NCBI GenBank assembly: GCA_016717305.1
Contig: JADKFY010000002.1
Span: 189,812 to 253,811, forward strand
Origin: Flavobacteriales bacterium
GTDB lineage: Bacteria; Bacteroidota; Bacteroidia; Flavobacteriales_F; PHOS-HE28
DNA length: 64,000 nt
Reading direction: 5' to 3'
In this document: piece after piece, positions 47,274-57,272 of the stretch
Position numbering within the stretch: position 1 is the stretch's first letter
Layout of the letters: each line of letters starts with the position of its first letter
Notes under the pieces: generated by a model
The model's database searches: none
What the model was told of the DNA's origin: nothing
Seen by the model: the letters and a program-made list of their open reading frames with translations, nothing else
Position numbers and translations under genes: made by a program

Positions 47274-48122
47274 CTAGATGGCTTTCAGGCTCAAGTCCAG
47301 GCTTGGTACGGAATGGGTAAGGGCACCGACCGAGATGAAATCGACACCGGTTTCGGCGAAGCTCCTTGCCGTTGCCAAGGTAATGCCACCGGAAGCCTCG
47401 GTCTCATATAGACCGTTGATCAACTTCACAGCTTCGCGCATCAGCTCCGGCGTGAAATTGTCCAACATGATGCGATCTATTCCGCCGGTTTCAAGAACCT
47501 CTGCCACTTCCTTCAGGTTTCGCGTTTCCACCTCGATACGGAGGTCCTTGTTGCGGTCTTGCAAATAAGCCCTGACGCGCATGATCGCTACGTGTATCCC
47601 TCCAGCAAGGTCAGCATGGTTGTCCTTGATCATCACCATGTCATACAATCCTTCCCGGTGGTTTTGCCCGCCACCAATGCGTACAGCCCACTTTTCCAAA
47701 GCGCGCAGCCCAGGGGTCGTTTTTCGTGTATCCAGAACTTTGCACCCTGTCCCTTCCACGGCGTTAACGAAGCGACTAGTCAATGTCGCTATACCGCTCA
47801 TGCGCTGCATGTAGTTCAACAGCACACGTTCCACAGTGAGTATGCTACGCGCACTGCCCAGAATATTGAATGCGACGTCGCCCTTGTTAACGGAAGCACC
47901 ATCAAGGATGTAGACCCGAAGCGTTAGATCAGGGTCCAAGTGGTGGGCAATGGCTTCGGCCAACTCCACCCCGGCGATCACCCCGCTATCCTTTACCAAT
48001 AGGCGGGCCGCACCACTTGAATTGGCCGGGATCGTTGCAAGTGTGCTGTGATCACCTTCGCCGATATCCTCTTGGAGGGCATTGGCGATCAACGTTTCAG
48101 TTCCGGGTGGTAGCACGGTCAA
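47274..48122 (-). CDS. nadC: nicotinate-nucleotide diphosphorylase (carboxylating), quinolinate phosphoribosyltransferase
   Basis: 282 aa. RKTTPGLR, MIKDNH, EVETRNL and ASGGITL motifs. Confidence 0.9.
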   Translation of the reverse strand: MTVLPPGTETLIANALQEDIGEGDHSTLATIPANSSGAARLLVKDSGVIAGVELAEAIAHHLDPDLTLRVYILDGASVNKGDVAFNILGSARSILTVERVLLNYMQRMSGIATLTSRFVNAVEGTGCKVLDTRKTTPGLRALEKWAVRIGGGQNHREGLYDMVMIKDNHADLAGGIHVAIMRVRAYLQDRNKDLRIEVETRNLKEVAEVLETGGIDRIMLDNFTPELMREAVKLINGLYETEASGGITLATARSFAETGVDFISVGALTHSVPSLDLSLKAI

Positions 48123-48559
48123 AAGTCGTTCTTGCTGGTCTCAATACGCAATTGCTTCACTTGGAAAACGGTATCTGTTTTCTTAAGGAAGAAAGTTACT
48201 CGAAACTGCCCGTTCGAGGTGCGAAGGATACCAATGAAATACTTGTCACCCAGTTTACTTACGCCGGTGTGTTCGATCACCAGGTCCGTGGGCGGGTTGT
48301 CGTTGAAGAACTTCCGGATGATCTGCTCAGCCTGGGCTTTGCTGTAAACGTCTGAAGCCTCCTTCACGGTTAGGTCCAAGTTCGGGATGAAATGTTCCGC
48401 AAGCTCTTTCGAGTTACCGGTCTTCATGGCTTGTACCACCTTGTTCTTGACTTCATCTTGTGCCTGGATCCCAATGGAAAACAGCATAATGGTCAAGAAC
48501 AACAGAAGCTTGGGCATGGGGTTGCGCATTTGTTGCGAAATTTGCAAATACCGGGCCAC
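48119..48559 (-). CDS. DUF4783-domain protein
   Basis: Signal LLLFLTIMLFSIGIQAQ (the start may be Met at 48529 or 48517). MKTGNSKELAEHF...YSKAQAEQIIRKFF...FIGILRTSNGQFRVTFFLKK fits DUF4783. 4-nt overlap with nadC. Confidence 0.7.
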   Translation of the reverse strand: MARYLQISQQMRNPMPKLLLFLTIMLFSIGIQAQDEVKNKVVQAMKTGNSKELAEHFIPNLDLTVKEASDVYSKAQAEQIIRKFFNDNPPTDLVIEHTGVSKLGDKYFIGILRTSNGQFRVTFFLKKTDTVFQVKQLRIETSKNDF

Positions 48560-48603
48560 TTTGCACGCTTGATGCCCATGGAGTTACGAACAGGCATACG
48601 CAC

Positions 48604-49065
48604 ATGAAGGGCAGATTGTTGCTGGTTGGTCGCAGTGAGCGCGGGTTTGTAGCTGACGGTGTAACGCACTACATCCAGCGTTTGGAGCGCGGCTTGAAGG
48701 TGGATACGCTGGTGTTGGCCGAGGCGGGCAAGGGAGAAGCTGCTTACCAGCGGAAAATTGAGAGCGAACGTATCCTGGCGGCCGTGAAACCAGGGGAGAA
48801 GGTGGTGGTCCTTGATGAGCGTGGGAAGACCCTGACGAGCCCTCAATTTGCGGCACAACTTGGGTCTTGGCGAGATCAAGGAGTGCGTGATGTCGTCTTC
48901 GTTATTGGCGGTGCGTATGGCATGACGGAAGAAGTTCGGGAACGGGCGGACCTCGTGCTATCACTTTCGGCCATGACCTTTCCCCACCAGTTGGTCCGGG
49001 TGCTTTTCGCGGAACAACTTTACAGGGCCATGGCCATTCTGCAAGGCAGCCCGTATCATCATTGA
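48604..49065 (+). CDS. rlmH: 23S rRNA (pseudouridine1915-N3)-methyltransferase RlmH
   Basis: 153 aa SPOUT protein. LLLVGR...Y..R, VVLDERGK, FVIGGAYG and the GSPYHH terminus. Confidence 0.9.
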   Translation: MKGRLLLVGRSERGFVADGVTHYIQRLERGLKVDTLVLAEAGKGEAAYQRKIESERILAAVKPGEKVVVLDERGKTLTSPQFAAQLGSWRDQGVRDVVFVIGGAYGMTEEVRERADLVLSLSAMTFPHQLVRVLFAEQLYRAMAILQGSPYHH

Positions 49066-49114
49066 ATCCGTTTTCGCCGGCGAAGGTTAGCGCCAATCCG
49101 TTTTGTTCAGCCGA

Positions 49115-49825
49115 TCAGAGCTTTTGAGCAGCGGGTGGCTTTTGCACCACGGCTATCAAGGATCGTCCGGCCTTATGGATAAGCATCTTGTCCATGATCC
49201 TGGAAATGGGGATCATGCATCGGTCCCAGAACCTGATCTGCGAACGTGTTGGTCGTGCTTGGTGGAGCAGGAATTTGTTGGCCAAAGAAAGGAGCACACC
49301 CATACTGTCCAGATAGTAGAGCGATACAGGCCTAGCCCATCGAGGCAATTCTGACCGCATTTGCTCTTTGTTGTAACGTTTCACGTGGCCGACCTCCTCG
49401 TCGAATTTACTGTAGAGGAACTGATATGCCGGCACCAGGACCAGGAGGTGCCCACCCGGTGCCAATAGCGAATAGGCCCGGTCCAACTCGTCGGGGCCTT
49501 GTTCAATATGTTCCACGACATCAACGTACAAGATCGTATCGAACTGGCGACCTTCAAGCTTGTCCAGTGTACCGTGCACCATTTCACTCATCTTCTTCAA
49601 TGAGGCATCAATATGGTCAGGGACATGGGCCAATAGTTGTAGGTCGGGTTCCAGGAAGGTGTAGCTGGAAACGGTTGGGCCTACGAGGTAATTGGCGTTG
49701 ACGCCCATGCCGCAGCCCACGTCAAGTACCCGGCCCCTTACAAAAGGTCTCAGTTTGGAAGCGAAATAGCGTTTCCAGTTCGTGGCCTCGGCGAAGAGCT
49801 CCAGTTCAGTGCCGGGGTAGTTCAT
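49115..49825 (-). CDS. class I SAM-dependent methyltransferase (module a)
   Basis: VLDVGCGMGVNANYL motif I, DTILYVDVVEHIE, LAPGGHLLVLVP. Confidence 0.8.
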   Translation of the reverse strand: MNYPGTELELFAEATNWKRYFASKLRPFVRGRVLDVGCGMGVNANYLVGPTVSSYTFLEPDLQLLAHVPDHIDASLKKMSEMVHGTLDKLEGRQFDTILYVDVVEHIEQGPDELDRAYSLLAPGGHLLVLVPAYQFLYSKFDEEVGHVKRYNKEQMRSELPRWARPVSLYYLDSMGVLLSLANKFLLHQARPTRSQIRFWDRCMIPISRIMDKMLIHKAGRSLIAVVQKPPAAQKL

Positions 49826-49959
49826 GGTCGTTCATCCCACGAGTCAAGGTGTAAAGGAGGTGATCAGTTGTGATCCGCGCACGCGTGAAGTGCAAGAACA
49901 TAAAGCCCAATGAAAGGAAACATGTACCAACGAAAGGGAGTATCACTGTTGGGGTCATC

Positions 49960-50901
49960 TCACTTGGAACCTTGCCCGCTAATTTGACCAAAGGGATACA
50001 CTTGTTTTCCGGCCCTTTCCTTTCGTTGGGAGGTATTCACCAAAAGAAGACCGATGGCAAAGAATCCCAAGCACAGGAGCAAAGAATTGAACATGGATAG
50101 GATCAGGGTACTCGCCCATCCCGGTATGGCCTGATCAGTGAACAGCTTGATCGCCATGATAACAATGATGGAGCACAAAAAGACCCCGGTGAGGGCAAGA
50201 AGGACTTTCAAGAACATGGAAAGTACCTCTTCGCTGTATTCGATCAACGAGCGGAAGGCGTGGTAGGAAAGGCTTTTGAAGCTCATCTTCGAGTTCCCGT
50301 CCAGCCGTTTTCGACGGTCGTAGGTAATGATCGCCGTCTTGGCTTTTTGACGAGAGAGGAAAGCGGCGTAATGAATGAAGGACCGGTCCAATACAGCACC
50401 GAGCACTTGCCGATCGATCATGGAGAAGTTGCCGAAGGTGATGCTCCGTCCGGTGAACGCCCGGAAAAGCATGCGATAGCTCCAATATCCCAACCGGAAG
50501 AGTACAGATTCGGATCGTTTTCCGCGAGCTACAAGTACGATCGGCGTTCCTATATGTTGCACGAGTTCGACCAATGCCTTTGGGTCGTCCTCCCCATCGG
50601 AATCCATAACAATGAAGTGCTGTGCGGTTGTGCTACTGGCGAATAACAGACCATGGTAAATGGCCTCTTGATGACCCATGTTGTAAGGCAGCGAGAGGGC
50701 CTTGAACGACACATTCGACGCTCGGGTGCGGAGCGGAGACAATAGAGCCAAGGTCCCGTCCGTACTCGCATCATCCACAACGACGATGGTGAAGGATATT
50801 GGAAGGGCTGCAACCATCTGCTCCAGTTCTTCCACGAACCGCACAGCGACATCACCTTCATTGTAACAAGGTGCGATCACGGCTATATGATGAGTGCCCA
50901 T
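49960..50901 (-). CDS. GT2 polyprenyl-phosphate glycosyltransferase (GtrB/ArnC-like) with two C-terminal TM helices (module a)
   Basis: IAVIAPCYNEGD, VVVDDASTDGT and MDSDGEDDP (DxD). C-terminal helices LLALTGVFLCSIIVIMAI and STLILSMFNSLLLCLGFFAIGLLL. Confidence 0.85.
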   Translation of the reverse strand: MGTHHIAVIAPCYNEGDVAVRFVEELEQMVAALPISFTIVVVDDASTDGTLALLSPLRTRASNVSFKALSLPYNMGHQEAIYHGLLFASSTTAQHFIVMDSDGEDDPKALVELVQHIGTPIVLVARGKRSESVLFRLGYWSYRMLFRAFTGRSITFGNFSMIDRQVLGAVLDRSFIHYAAFLSRQKAKTAIITYDRRKRLDGNSKMSFKSLSYHAFRSLIEYSEEVLSMFLKVLLALTGVFLCSIIVIMAIKLFTDQAIPGWASTLILSMFNSLLLCLGFFAIGLLLVNTSQRKERAGKQVYPFGQISGQGSK

Positions 50902-51085
50902 GGATTTGATGGTTGAGAGGTTCCGAACACGGGTGCAAGGTCCGGATATTCCTATAAGTGATCAGGCCTTATGCTCTTTACGTCTTGGTCCTCGATAGTT
51001 TTAGGCCGAACGGTGCAAAAGGTCGAATGCCACTCTACATGGCAGTCCGTTTCAGCATTGAGGCACCCTGAGGTCGATCATGGAA

Positions 51086-51856
51086 CTAGCCTGCATCCCC
51101 GCCAACTTGGACCGCGGCGATCAATGAAGTACCCTTCCAGGATTTTGGCATTAGGTTGTATTCACAGAGGAATGCTTTTCCAAGTAAGGCGTGCGTCCAA
51201 GTATTTAGGCCTGGCGCTGGAACCGTAAAGCCCACAGCTCGATCGCCGGCGAATTTTAACTGAAGGCGTGCTGCCGGGTACAGCATGTGGAAGAAGTAGG
51301 AACAGCTCAGATGTCGGTCACCGGGCAACGCCGTGTGCTGGCGCAGGAGATCGGGGTCATAGCGCCTATAGTGGTTGTTGAACCGATCGTGACTACTGAA
51401 CAATTCCTGCCTGGACGGGACCGTGAAAAGCAGATGGCGCAACGAAGGGAAATGTGAGCGGAGATCGGTCAGGAAGGCCACGGGGTCCTCCAGATGCTCG
51501 ATCACGTCCAAGAGCAGGATGGTACGCACTGCATTCCGTTGTGCTGGATCCAAAAGCCTGGCATCCATCGCAGTGCGAACATAGGGGGCGGCCTCTGCAA
51601 TGGGCTGCACGGCCGCGAGTTCAACCCCGGTAATGTCGAAGCCGTCATTCCTTAGAGCATGGACGACCAAGCCTTTCCCGCATCCCACTTCCAGGATCGG
51701 TCCTTCGGCCCCTATCGTTCGAAGTTGTTCGGCAATGACCCTGTTGCGACAAAGGTTCCAATAGTGGCGCTCCACACCAACCGGATAGATGGAGTCGAAC
51801 TGTTCGTTGTCGAAAGCGGTATCGGGCTTATCCGCCATGTGTCGTGGTCGTTTCAA
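51086..51856 (-). CDS. class I SAM-dependent methyltransferase (module b)
   Basis: ILEVGCGKGLVVHAL motif I, ILLLDVIEHLEDP. Overlaps the upstream GT2 stop by 29 nt (11 nt if the start is at 51838). Confidence 0.8.
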   Translation of the reverse strand: MKRPRHMADKPDTAFDNEQFDSIYPVGVERHYWNLCRNRVIAEQLRTIGAEGPILEVGCGKGLVVHALRNDGFDITGVELAAVQPIAEAAPYVRTAMDARLLDPAQRNAVRTILLLDVIEHLEDPVAFLTDLRSHFPSLRHLLFTVPSRQELFSSHDRFNNHYRRYDPDLLRQHTALPGDRHLSCSYFFHMLYPAARLQLKFAGDRAVGFTVPAPGLNTWTHALLGKAFLCEYNLMPKSWKGTSLIAAVQVGGDAG

Positions 51857-52805
51857 TGATATAACGCGGCCGACGTTTTACCTCTTTGTAGATCTTGCCG
51901 ATGTATTCCCCGATCACTCCCAAGCTGACCATGTTGATGGCGGAGAACGTGGTGAGCATGAGGGCAAGACTGGCCCACCCTTGAATGGGGTTGCCGCGCC
52001 ATGCTGCCCACAGGATCCACACGCCGACCAAGCTGGCCACCAGGAACATGATCAACCCTACGTAGAACACCATTCGAAGGGGGGTGGTGGTGAAGGAAGT
52101 GATCCCTTGCCATGCTAGGCTCATGAGCTTCCCGTAGGAATACTTGGACTCGCCAGCGTGCCGATCCAAGCGGGTGAAATGGACCTCTGTACTCGGATAG
52201 CCTATCAATGGGAACAAGCCACGGAGGTACACATTCACCTCGTGGAACCGCTCCAGATCGGCGATCACGCGGGCATCGGCACTTCGAAAATCGGCATGGC
52301 CCTCGATCGTCCGGCGATTCATGGCACGCATGACCTTATAGAAGAAGTGTGCGGCAATGCGTTTGGGGAGAACATCGACATGGCGTTCCAAGCGAACTCC
52401 ATAGACCACACGCTTTCCCAAGTGGTGTTGCCGCATCATTTCAGAGATCACCGACACATCATCCTGTAGGTCCGCATCGATCGTCACCAGGATCTCGGCT
52501 TCATGGTGGTTGCCAAGTAGGCCGGCCATCAAAGCATTCGGGTGGCCGAAGTTGGCGCTGAACTTGATGCCGCGCACACGCTTATCCGCTTGAGCTGTTT
52601 GGAGGATCTCCTCCCACGTACCATCTCGACTTCCGTCGTCCACGCAGCAGAGGTAGCTCTCCGTGGACACCAGACCGTTCTTCGCCATGTTGTCCAGTTC
52701 GAGAAGCAATACGCCAGCGGTATGTCCGATGACTCCCTGTTCGTTGTAACAAGGGATCACGATACAGACCTTGAACGGAGGGTGGGGATGAGGTGTTGGA
52801 TCCAC
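51828..52805 (-). CDS. GT2 polyprenyl-phosphate glycosyltransferase (GtrB/ArnC-like) with C-terminal TM helices (module b)
   Basis: VCIVIPCYNEQG, CVDDGSRDGT, TIDADLQDD. C-terminal helices FYVGLIMFLVASLVGVWIL and LALMLTTFSAINMVSLGVIGEYI. Confidence 0.85.
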   Translation of the reverse strand: MDPTPHPHPPFKVCIVIPCYNEQGVIGHTAGVLLLELDNMAKNGLVSTESYLCCVDDGSRDGTWEEILQTAQADKRVRGIKFSANFGHPNALMAGLLGNHHEAEILVTIDADLQDDVSVISEMMRQHHLGKRVVYGVRLERHVDVLPKRIAAHFFYKVMRAMNRRTIEGHADFRSADARVIADLERFHEVNVYLRGLFPLIGYPSTEVHFTRLDRHAGESKYSYGKLMSLAWQGITSFTTTPLRMVFYVGLIMFLVASLVGVWILWAAWRGNPIQGWASLALMLTTFSAINMVSLGVIGEYIGKIYKEVKRRPRYIIETTTTHGG

Positions 52806-52970
52806 AGGTAGTTAATGGTGGCCGAAGATAGCTTTCAGCAATAGGATGGGTGATACGCTGCAATAATTCGTTTTTGATGGGCACGGAGGTAATGTGACGC
52901 TGGATAATCCTCAAATTCGCGGCAACCAGATCGAACAGAGACCGTCTTCGTTGCTTACCGCTCACGGATC

Positions 52971-54398
52971 ATGTCCAACCTTCCAGTTCATCTCCATCGT
53001 ATCCTGGACGACCGCCGCACGACCATTGCGCTGGTGGTCCTGAACGTTCTTGTGACCTGTGTGATCTTATGGGCATCACGCAGCACCATTCTTTCAGATA
53101 CGTGGTCCTACTTGGGATTGGCCGAAGGGCTCCTACACGGTGAGTTCAGCATGTGGTGGCCTTTGGAAACGGAACACCCTGATACGTTTCGGACCCCAGG
53201 ATATCCGCTCTTCGTAGCATTCTTCATAAGTGTATTTGGCAATTGGAAAACCACCTTGGGGGCACATTTCGTGCTCTACTGGCTCGCACTTTACTGGACC
53301 TTGAAAGTTGCCGAACGCTTCGATGCCAGTAGGGTAGTACGCAACCTAATCCTGTTGCTGTTGGTCCCAATGATCAATGTGCCCTATTACATCGGGCAAC
53401 TCTATACGGAGATCCCTGTTTTGGCCGCTATCGCACTCACCTTGTTGGTCATTGCTCGGCGGGGACCTGTGAAATGGTATGACCCATTGGTGCTCGGTTT
53501 GTTGTTCGGCTTTATCTACCAGTGCAAACCGATATTCCTGTTGTTTCCATTCGGCTATACGCTGCTCTCTATTTTCTTCGATCGGGCCTTACCGAACATC
53601 AAGGGGAACATCGTAATGCTTGTGGTCTTTGGCGCAACAGTGCTACCGTACGTGCTCTGGAATTACTCGAATCACGGTGTCTTCAAGGCCACCCCGTTGG
53701 AAGGTGCGGGCAGCTACATGCACATTGGGTACTGGGCCGGGAAGACCCCGGGCTATACGGACCGGTTCTATCTCCAGAACTTCATGGGCGATGAGCTCAT
53801 TCGTTTCACCCCCGAGGATTCGATCCCTGCCCACATCAAGGAGTACGAGCTGGAATGGGCCGGGTTCAAGGAGAAGTTGGCTCCATTTTTCACTTCCAAG
53901 GACAGCGCAATGCGGGCTGCGGCAACGCTGATGCCGTATCCAGCAGAAGGTACATATAGCACTGCCTATACCCTGGAGCGCGAACGACTGCTGTTCCAAA
54001 GTACCATGGAGCACTATCGTAAGGACCCTTTGTATGTTCTCGCATACAAGTCGTATTCGGCCGTCCGGTTATGGGTCATTGGCATCCAACGGAAAGATTT
54101 CCAACAAGCATCAGTGATGCAGAAGGTGCAGATGATCTACGCGACCGCCAGCACAGGTGGCCTGTTCCTGCTCGGTATCATCCTGGTGCCATGGGCCTTT
54201 TTAAAGGGTGCATTGCAAATTCGTGCAACTTGGCCCTTGGTGGCCTACTTGCTCTACTTCGGCGTGATGCACGTGCCTTTCACCATCCAGGCCCGCTACA
54301 CCACATCGGTAAGGTTCGTATTCTTGACCCTCTTGGCCTTGGCCATCCATGCGCTTTGGGCACGCAGGGGGCAAGTGCCGACGCAAGCTTCTGCATAG
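52971..54398 (+). CDS. polytopic GT-C-fold glycosyltransferase (ArnT/PMT_2-like)
   Basis: 475 aa with about 11 TM segments. The early loop DTFRTPGYPLFVAFF resembles the ArnT/PMT_2 first periplasmic loop. Divergent from the GT2 genes. Confidence 0.6.
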   Translation: MSNLPVHLHRILDDRRTTIALVVLNVLVTCVILWASRSTILSDTWSYLGLAEGLLHGEFSMWWPLETEHPDTFRTPGYPLFVAFFISVFGNWKTTLGAHFVLYWLALYWTLKVAERFDASRVVRNLILLLLVPMINVPYYIGQLYTEIPVLAAIALTLLVIARRGPVKWYDPLVLGLLFGFIYQCKPIFLLFPFGYTLLSIFFDRALPNIKGNIVMLVVFGATVLPYVLWNYSNHGVFKATPLEGAGSYMHIGYWAGKTPGYTDRFYLQNFMGDELIRFTPEDSIPAHIKEYELEWAGFKEKLAPFFTSKDSAMRAAATLMPYPAEGTYSTAYTLERERLLFQSTMEHYRKDPLYVLAYKSYSAVRLWVIGIQRKDFQQASVMQKVQMIYATASTGGLFLLGIILVPWAFLKGALQIRATWPLVAYLLYFGVMHVPFTIQARYTTSVRFVFLTLLALAIHALWARRGQVPTQASA

Positions 54399-54519
54399 GT
54401 TGACATGAAGGATTGGACACGATGGAAGGCAGCGGAGGGAAAGGAAAATTGCCAAAGCGGACCTTTGTCCCTTCTTCATTCGGAGCTCTCAACGAATTCA
54501 GCATCCTCTCAAACCGCTC

Positions 54520-56037
54520 ATGATCCCGCTCTTTTGGGTTGAATATCACGGTGAAGTAGGGATCGACTATTGGGAGTACATGCTCTCGTTGCTCTACTTA
54601 CTTTTCTTTTACATGTACTTCACCCGGCAGAAGAACATGCGCATGGTCGAGTCGCCAGAGTACAAATTCTACATCACGGGCCTCATGGCGAAGATGATGG
54701 GAGGGTTGGCGTTCAGTCTGGTCTACTTCTACTACTATCAAGGAGGTGATGCGCTTGTGTTCTTCTTAGGGGGTGTTGCAATGCGCAACTTGGCCCTAGT
54801 GGAACCCCTCGAGTATCTCCGGCAAATGCTCGGTGACAACTCGTACCAGAGCTGGACCGCCTATACCTTCGATACGGCCAAGCCTTTCAAATATGTATTC
54901 TTCGATGATCGGACCTTTGCGGTGATCCGAGCGTCAAGCATATTGGCCTTTCTCACCTTCAAAAGCTTCCCGATCAGCAACCTGATGATCGCGAGCGCCT
55001 CGTATTTTGGGATCTGGGCGTGCTACAGGACCTTTGTGAGCTATTTTCCTCAATTGGCCGGAAGACTGGCTACCGGTTTCCTGTTCATGCCATCATCGAT
55101 CTTCTGGGGTTCGGCGATCCTCAAGGATACCTTTACGTTCAGTGCAGTGTGTTGGTGGGTCCATTCCGTGGATCAGTTGTTCTTCAAACGAAAAACAACA
55201 GTGAGCCTGTGGTTCGCCGTGATCGCGAGTGCATTGGTCATGATCGCCATGAAGCCGTATATCTTCATGATACTTTTCCCCATGACCATTCTTTGGCTCA
55301 TGTATTTCCGCATGGTCGCGTTGAGGAACGTCCTTGTGAAATTCGTCATCGTCCCTCTTGCCGTGGCCATGGTTTTTGCCGTTTCATTGCTCGTTCTCAC
55401 ACGCTTGGGATCTTCATTCGACAAGTTCGCCTTGGACGGGGCGTTGCAGACGATCCAAGTTACACAAGGAGATCTGGTGAATGCGAGTGCTTATGGAAGT
55501 AATTCCTTCGATGTGGGAAAGATCGATGGCACATGGGGCTCTGTCCTTTCCAAATTCCCGGTAGCGACCAATGCTGCCTTGTTCAGGCCTTACATCTGGG
55601 AGTCGAACAACATGGTCATGGTACTGAGCGGGTTGGAGAATTTGTGGGTGTTGGGATTGACCCTATATGCATTCTATGTTGCAGGTCCCAAGTTCTTTTT
55701 CCGAGCCAGCCTCGGCATCCCGATCCTGATGATGTCGATGGCCTTTGCGCTGTTGTTCGCATTCATGGTGGGGGTCACCACTCCGAACTTCGGCGCATTG
55801 GTGCGCTTCAAGATCCCGATGGTGCCGTTCTACATCAGTTCACTGTTCATTATCATCTACCTGGCCAAGTTGAAGCGTAAGCGGGAGAATCAAGGCCTCC
55901 GGTTCGACTTAAAGGGTTACCGGATGGGTACGGCGCATTTGCTCTTGAATGCCAAAGAGGAAACCAGTTCCAGGAAGAAGGGTCCGGAAGGGAAGCGATC
56001 GGTCGGTGGGCCGACCGGGCAGGGTCGACACCGATGA
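54520..56037 (+). CDS. polytopic membrane protein, unknown function, basic C-terminal tail
   Basis: 505 aa with at least 10 hydrophobic segments. No motif recognised. 4-nt overlap with the next GT gene suggests an operon. Confidence 0.6.
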   Translation: MIPLFWVEYHGEVGIDYWEYMLSLLYLLFFYMYFTRQKNMRMVESPEYKFYITGLMAKMMGGLAFSLVYFYYYQGGDALVFFLGGVAMRNLALVEPLEYLRQMLGDNSYQSWTAYTFDTAKPFKYVFFDDRTFAVIRASSILAFLTFKSFPISNLMIASASYFGIWACYRTFVSYFPQLAGRLATGFLFMPSSIFWGSAILKDTFTFSAVCWWVHSVDQLFFKRKTTVSLWFAVIASALVMIAMKPYIFMILFPMTILWLMYFRMVALRNVLVKFVIVPLAVAMVFAVSLLVLTRLGSSFDKFALDGALQTIQVTQGDLVNASAYGSNSFDVGKIDGTWGSVLSKFPVATNAALFRPYIWESNNMVMVLSGLENLWVLGLTLYAFYVAGPKFFFRASLGIPILMMSMAFALLFAFMVGVTTPNFGALVRFKIPMVPFYISSLFIIIYLAKLKRKRENQGLRFDLKGYRMGTAHLLLNAKEETSSRKKGPEGKRSVGGPTGQGRHR

Positions 56038-57272
56038 TCAACGAACCACTGCAGGCTTCAAGTTCCGGGACACCGAGGCAGGTCCTCGTGCTCACCTATT
56101 GGTGTTGGGATGAGGCTTTGGTACAGACCTTCACCTTGCCGTATGTGCGGATCATGTTGAAGGTATTGCCGCCTGGTAGCACCGTTCATCTGGTCACTTT
56201 GGAGAAGGGTGGGTTCACAGCCGGTCCGCAGCTACGGGAACCGGGTATTATTGGCCATCCTGTCCGGTATAGACCATGCGGGGTGCGCGGAATCGGAATG
56301 ATCATGACCCTCGTGTGGCAATTGATCGGCTTGGTTCGCGAATACAAGGTGGACACCGTCCACGCATGGTGTACCCCGGCTGGTATGATCGGCTATCTCG
56401 TCTCGCTGCTTACCCGACGAACCTTGGTGATCGATAGCTACGAGCCACACGCGGAAGCCATGGTTGAGAATGGAACGTGGTCCCGAAAAGGCATCGCTTT
56501 CCGGGTACTCTTCTGGTTCGAACGAGCGCAGACACGAAAGGCACGAGCTGTGATCGCGGCAGCCTCCGGAATGCGCGAATATGCACTCAGCGCGTATGGA
56601 CATGTTCCCAAGGAATTCCATGTAAAGCCAGCTTGTGTCGATCTCGGACTGTTCGGGCTGGCGAATTTGAAGCGACCTGAATTGATCGAGCGATATGGCC
56701 TACAGGGGAAGTTGGTGTTGGTCTATGCTGGAAAATTCGGGGGCATCTACTGGGGCCAGGAAGTGTTCGATCTCATTCGCGTAGCGCTTGATCATTGGGG
56801 AGAACGACTTCACGTACTGTTGCTTACGGGGCATCCCGAACCAGAACTGCGCACATTCATGGAGCGCGCGGGTCTGCCAAGGGCGCTGTTCACTATTCAA
56901 CATGTTCCCCATGCGGAGGTCCCGGACCATATGGGGTTGGGGGATGTGGCACTTACCCCGGTTCGGCCTGTTCCTACAAAACGATATTGTACACCGATCA
57001 AGGATGGGGAGTATTGGGCGCTCGGTCTTCCTGTGGTCATCACACCGGGGATCTCCGATGATTCGGACATCATTCGGGTCCATGGGATCGGGGCTGTCCT
57101 TGCTGATGGAACAACACGATCCTACGAAGTTGCCGTGAATGAGGTGGATGCCTTGTTGAGAAAATACTCAAGGCAGGAGCTATACCTTCGTATCAGGCCC
57201 GTTGCCGAAAAATATCGCCACTTTCGCATTGCCGAAGCGGTCTATATGAATATCTATGGAAAAGCGGAATAA
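56034..57272 (+). CDS. GT4-like glycosyltransferase
   Basis: 412 aa with a GT-B layout. The C-terminal region TPIKDGEYWALGLPVVITPGISDD resembles the EX7E region. Confidence 0.75.
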   Translation: MINEPLQASSSGTPRQVLVLTYWCWDEALVQTFTLPYVRIMLKVLPPGSTVHLVTLEKGGFTAGPQLREPGIIGHPVRYRPCGVRGIGMIMTLVWQLIGLVREYKVDTVHAWCTPAGMIGYLVSLLTRRTLVIDSYEPHAEAMVENGTWSRKGIAFRVLFWFERAQTRKARAVIAAASGMREYALSAYGHVPKEFHVKPACVDLGLFGLANLKRPELIERYGLQGKLVLVYAGKFGGIYWGQEVFDLIRVALDHWGERLHVLLLTGHPEPELRTFMERAGLPRALFTIQHVPHAEVPDHMGLGDVALTPVRPVPTKRYCTPIKDGEYWALGLPVVITPGISDDSDIIRVHGIGAVLADGTTRSYEVAVNEVDALLRKYSRQELYLRIRPVAEKYRHFRIAEAVYMNIYGKAE

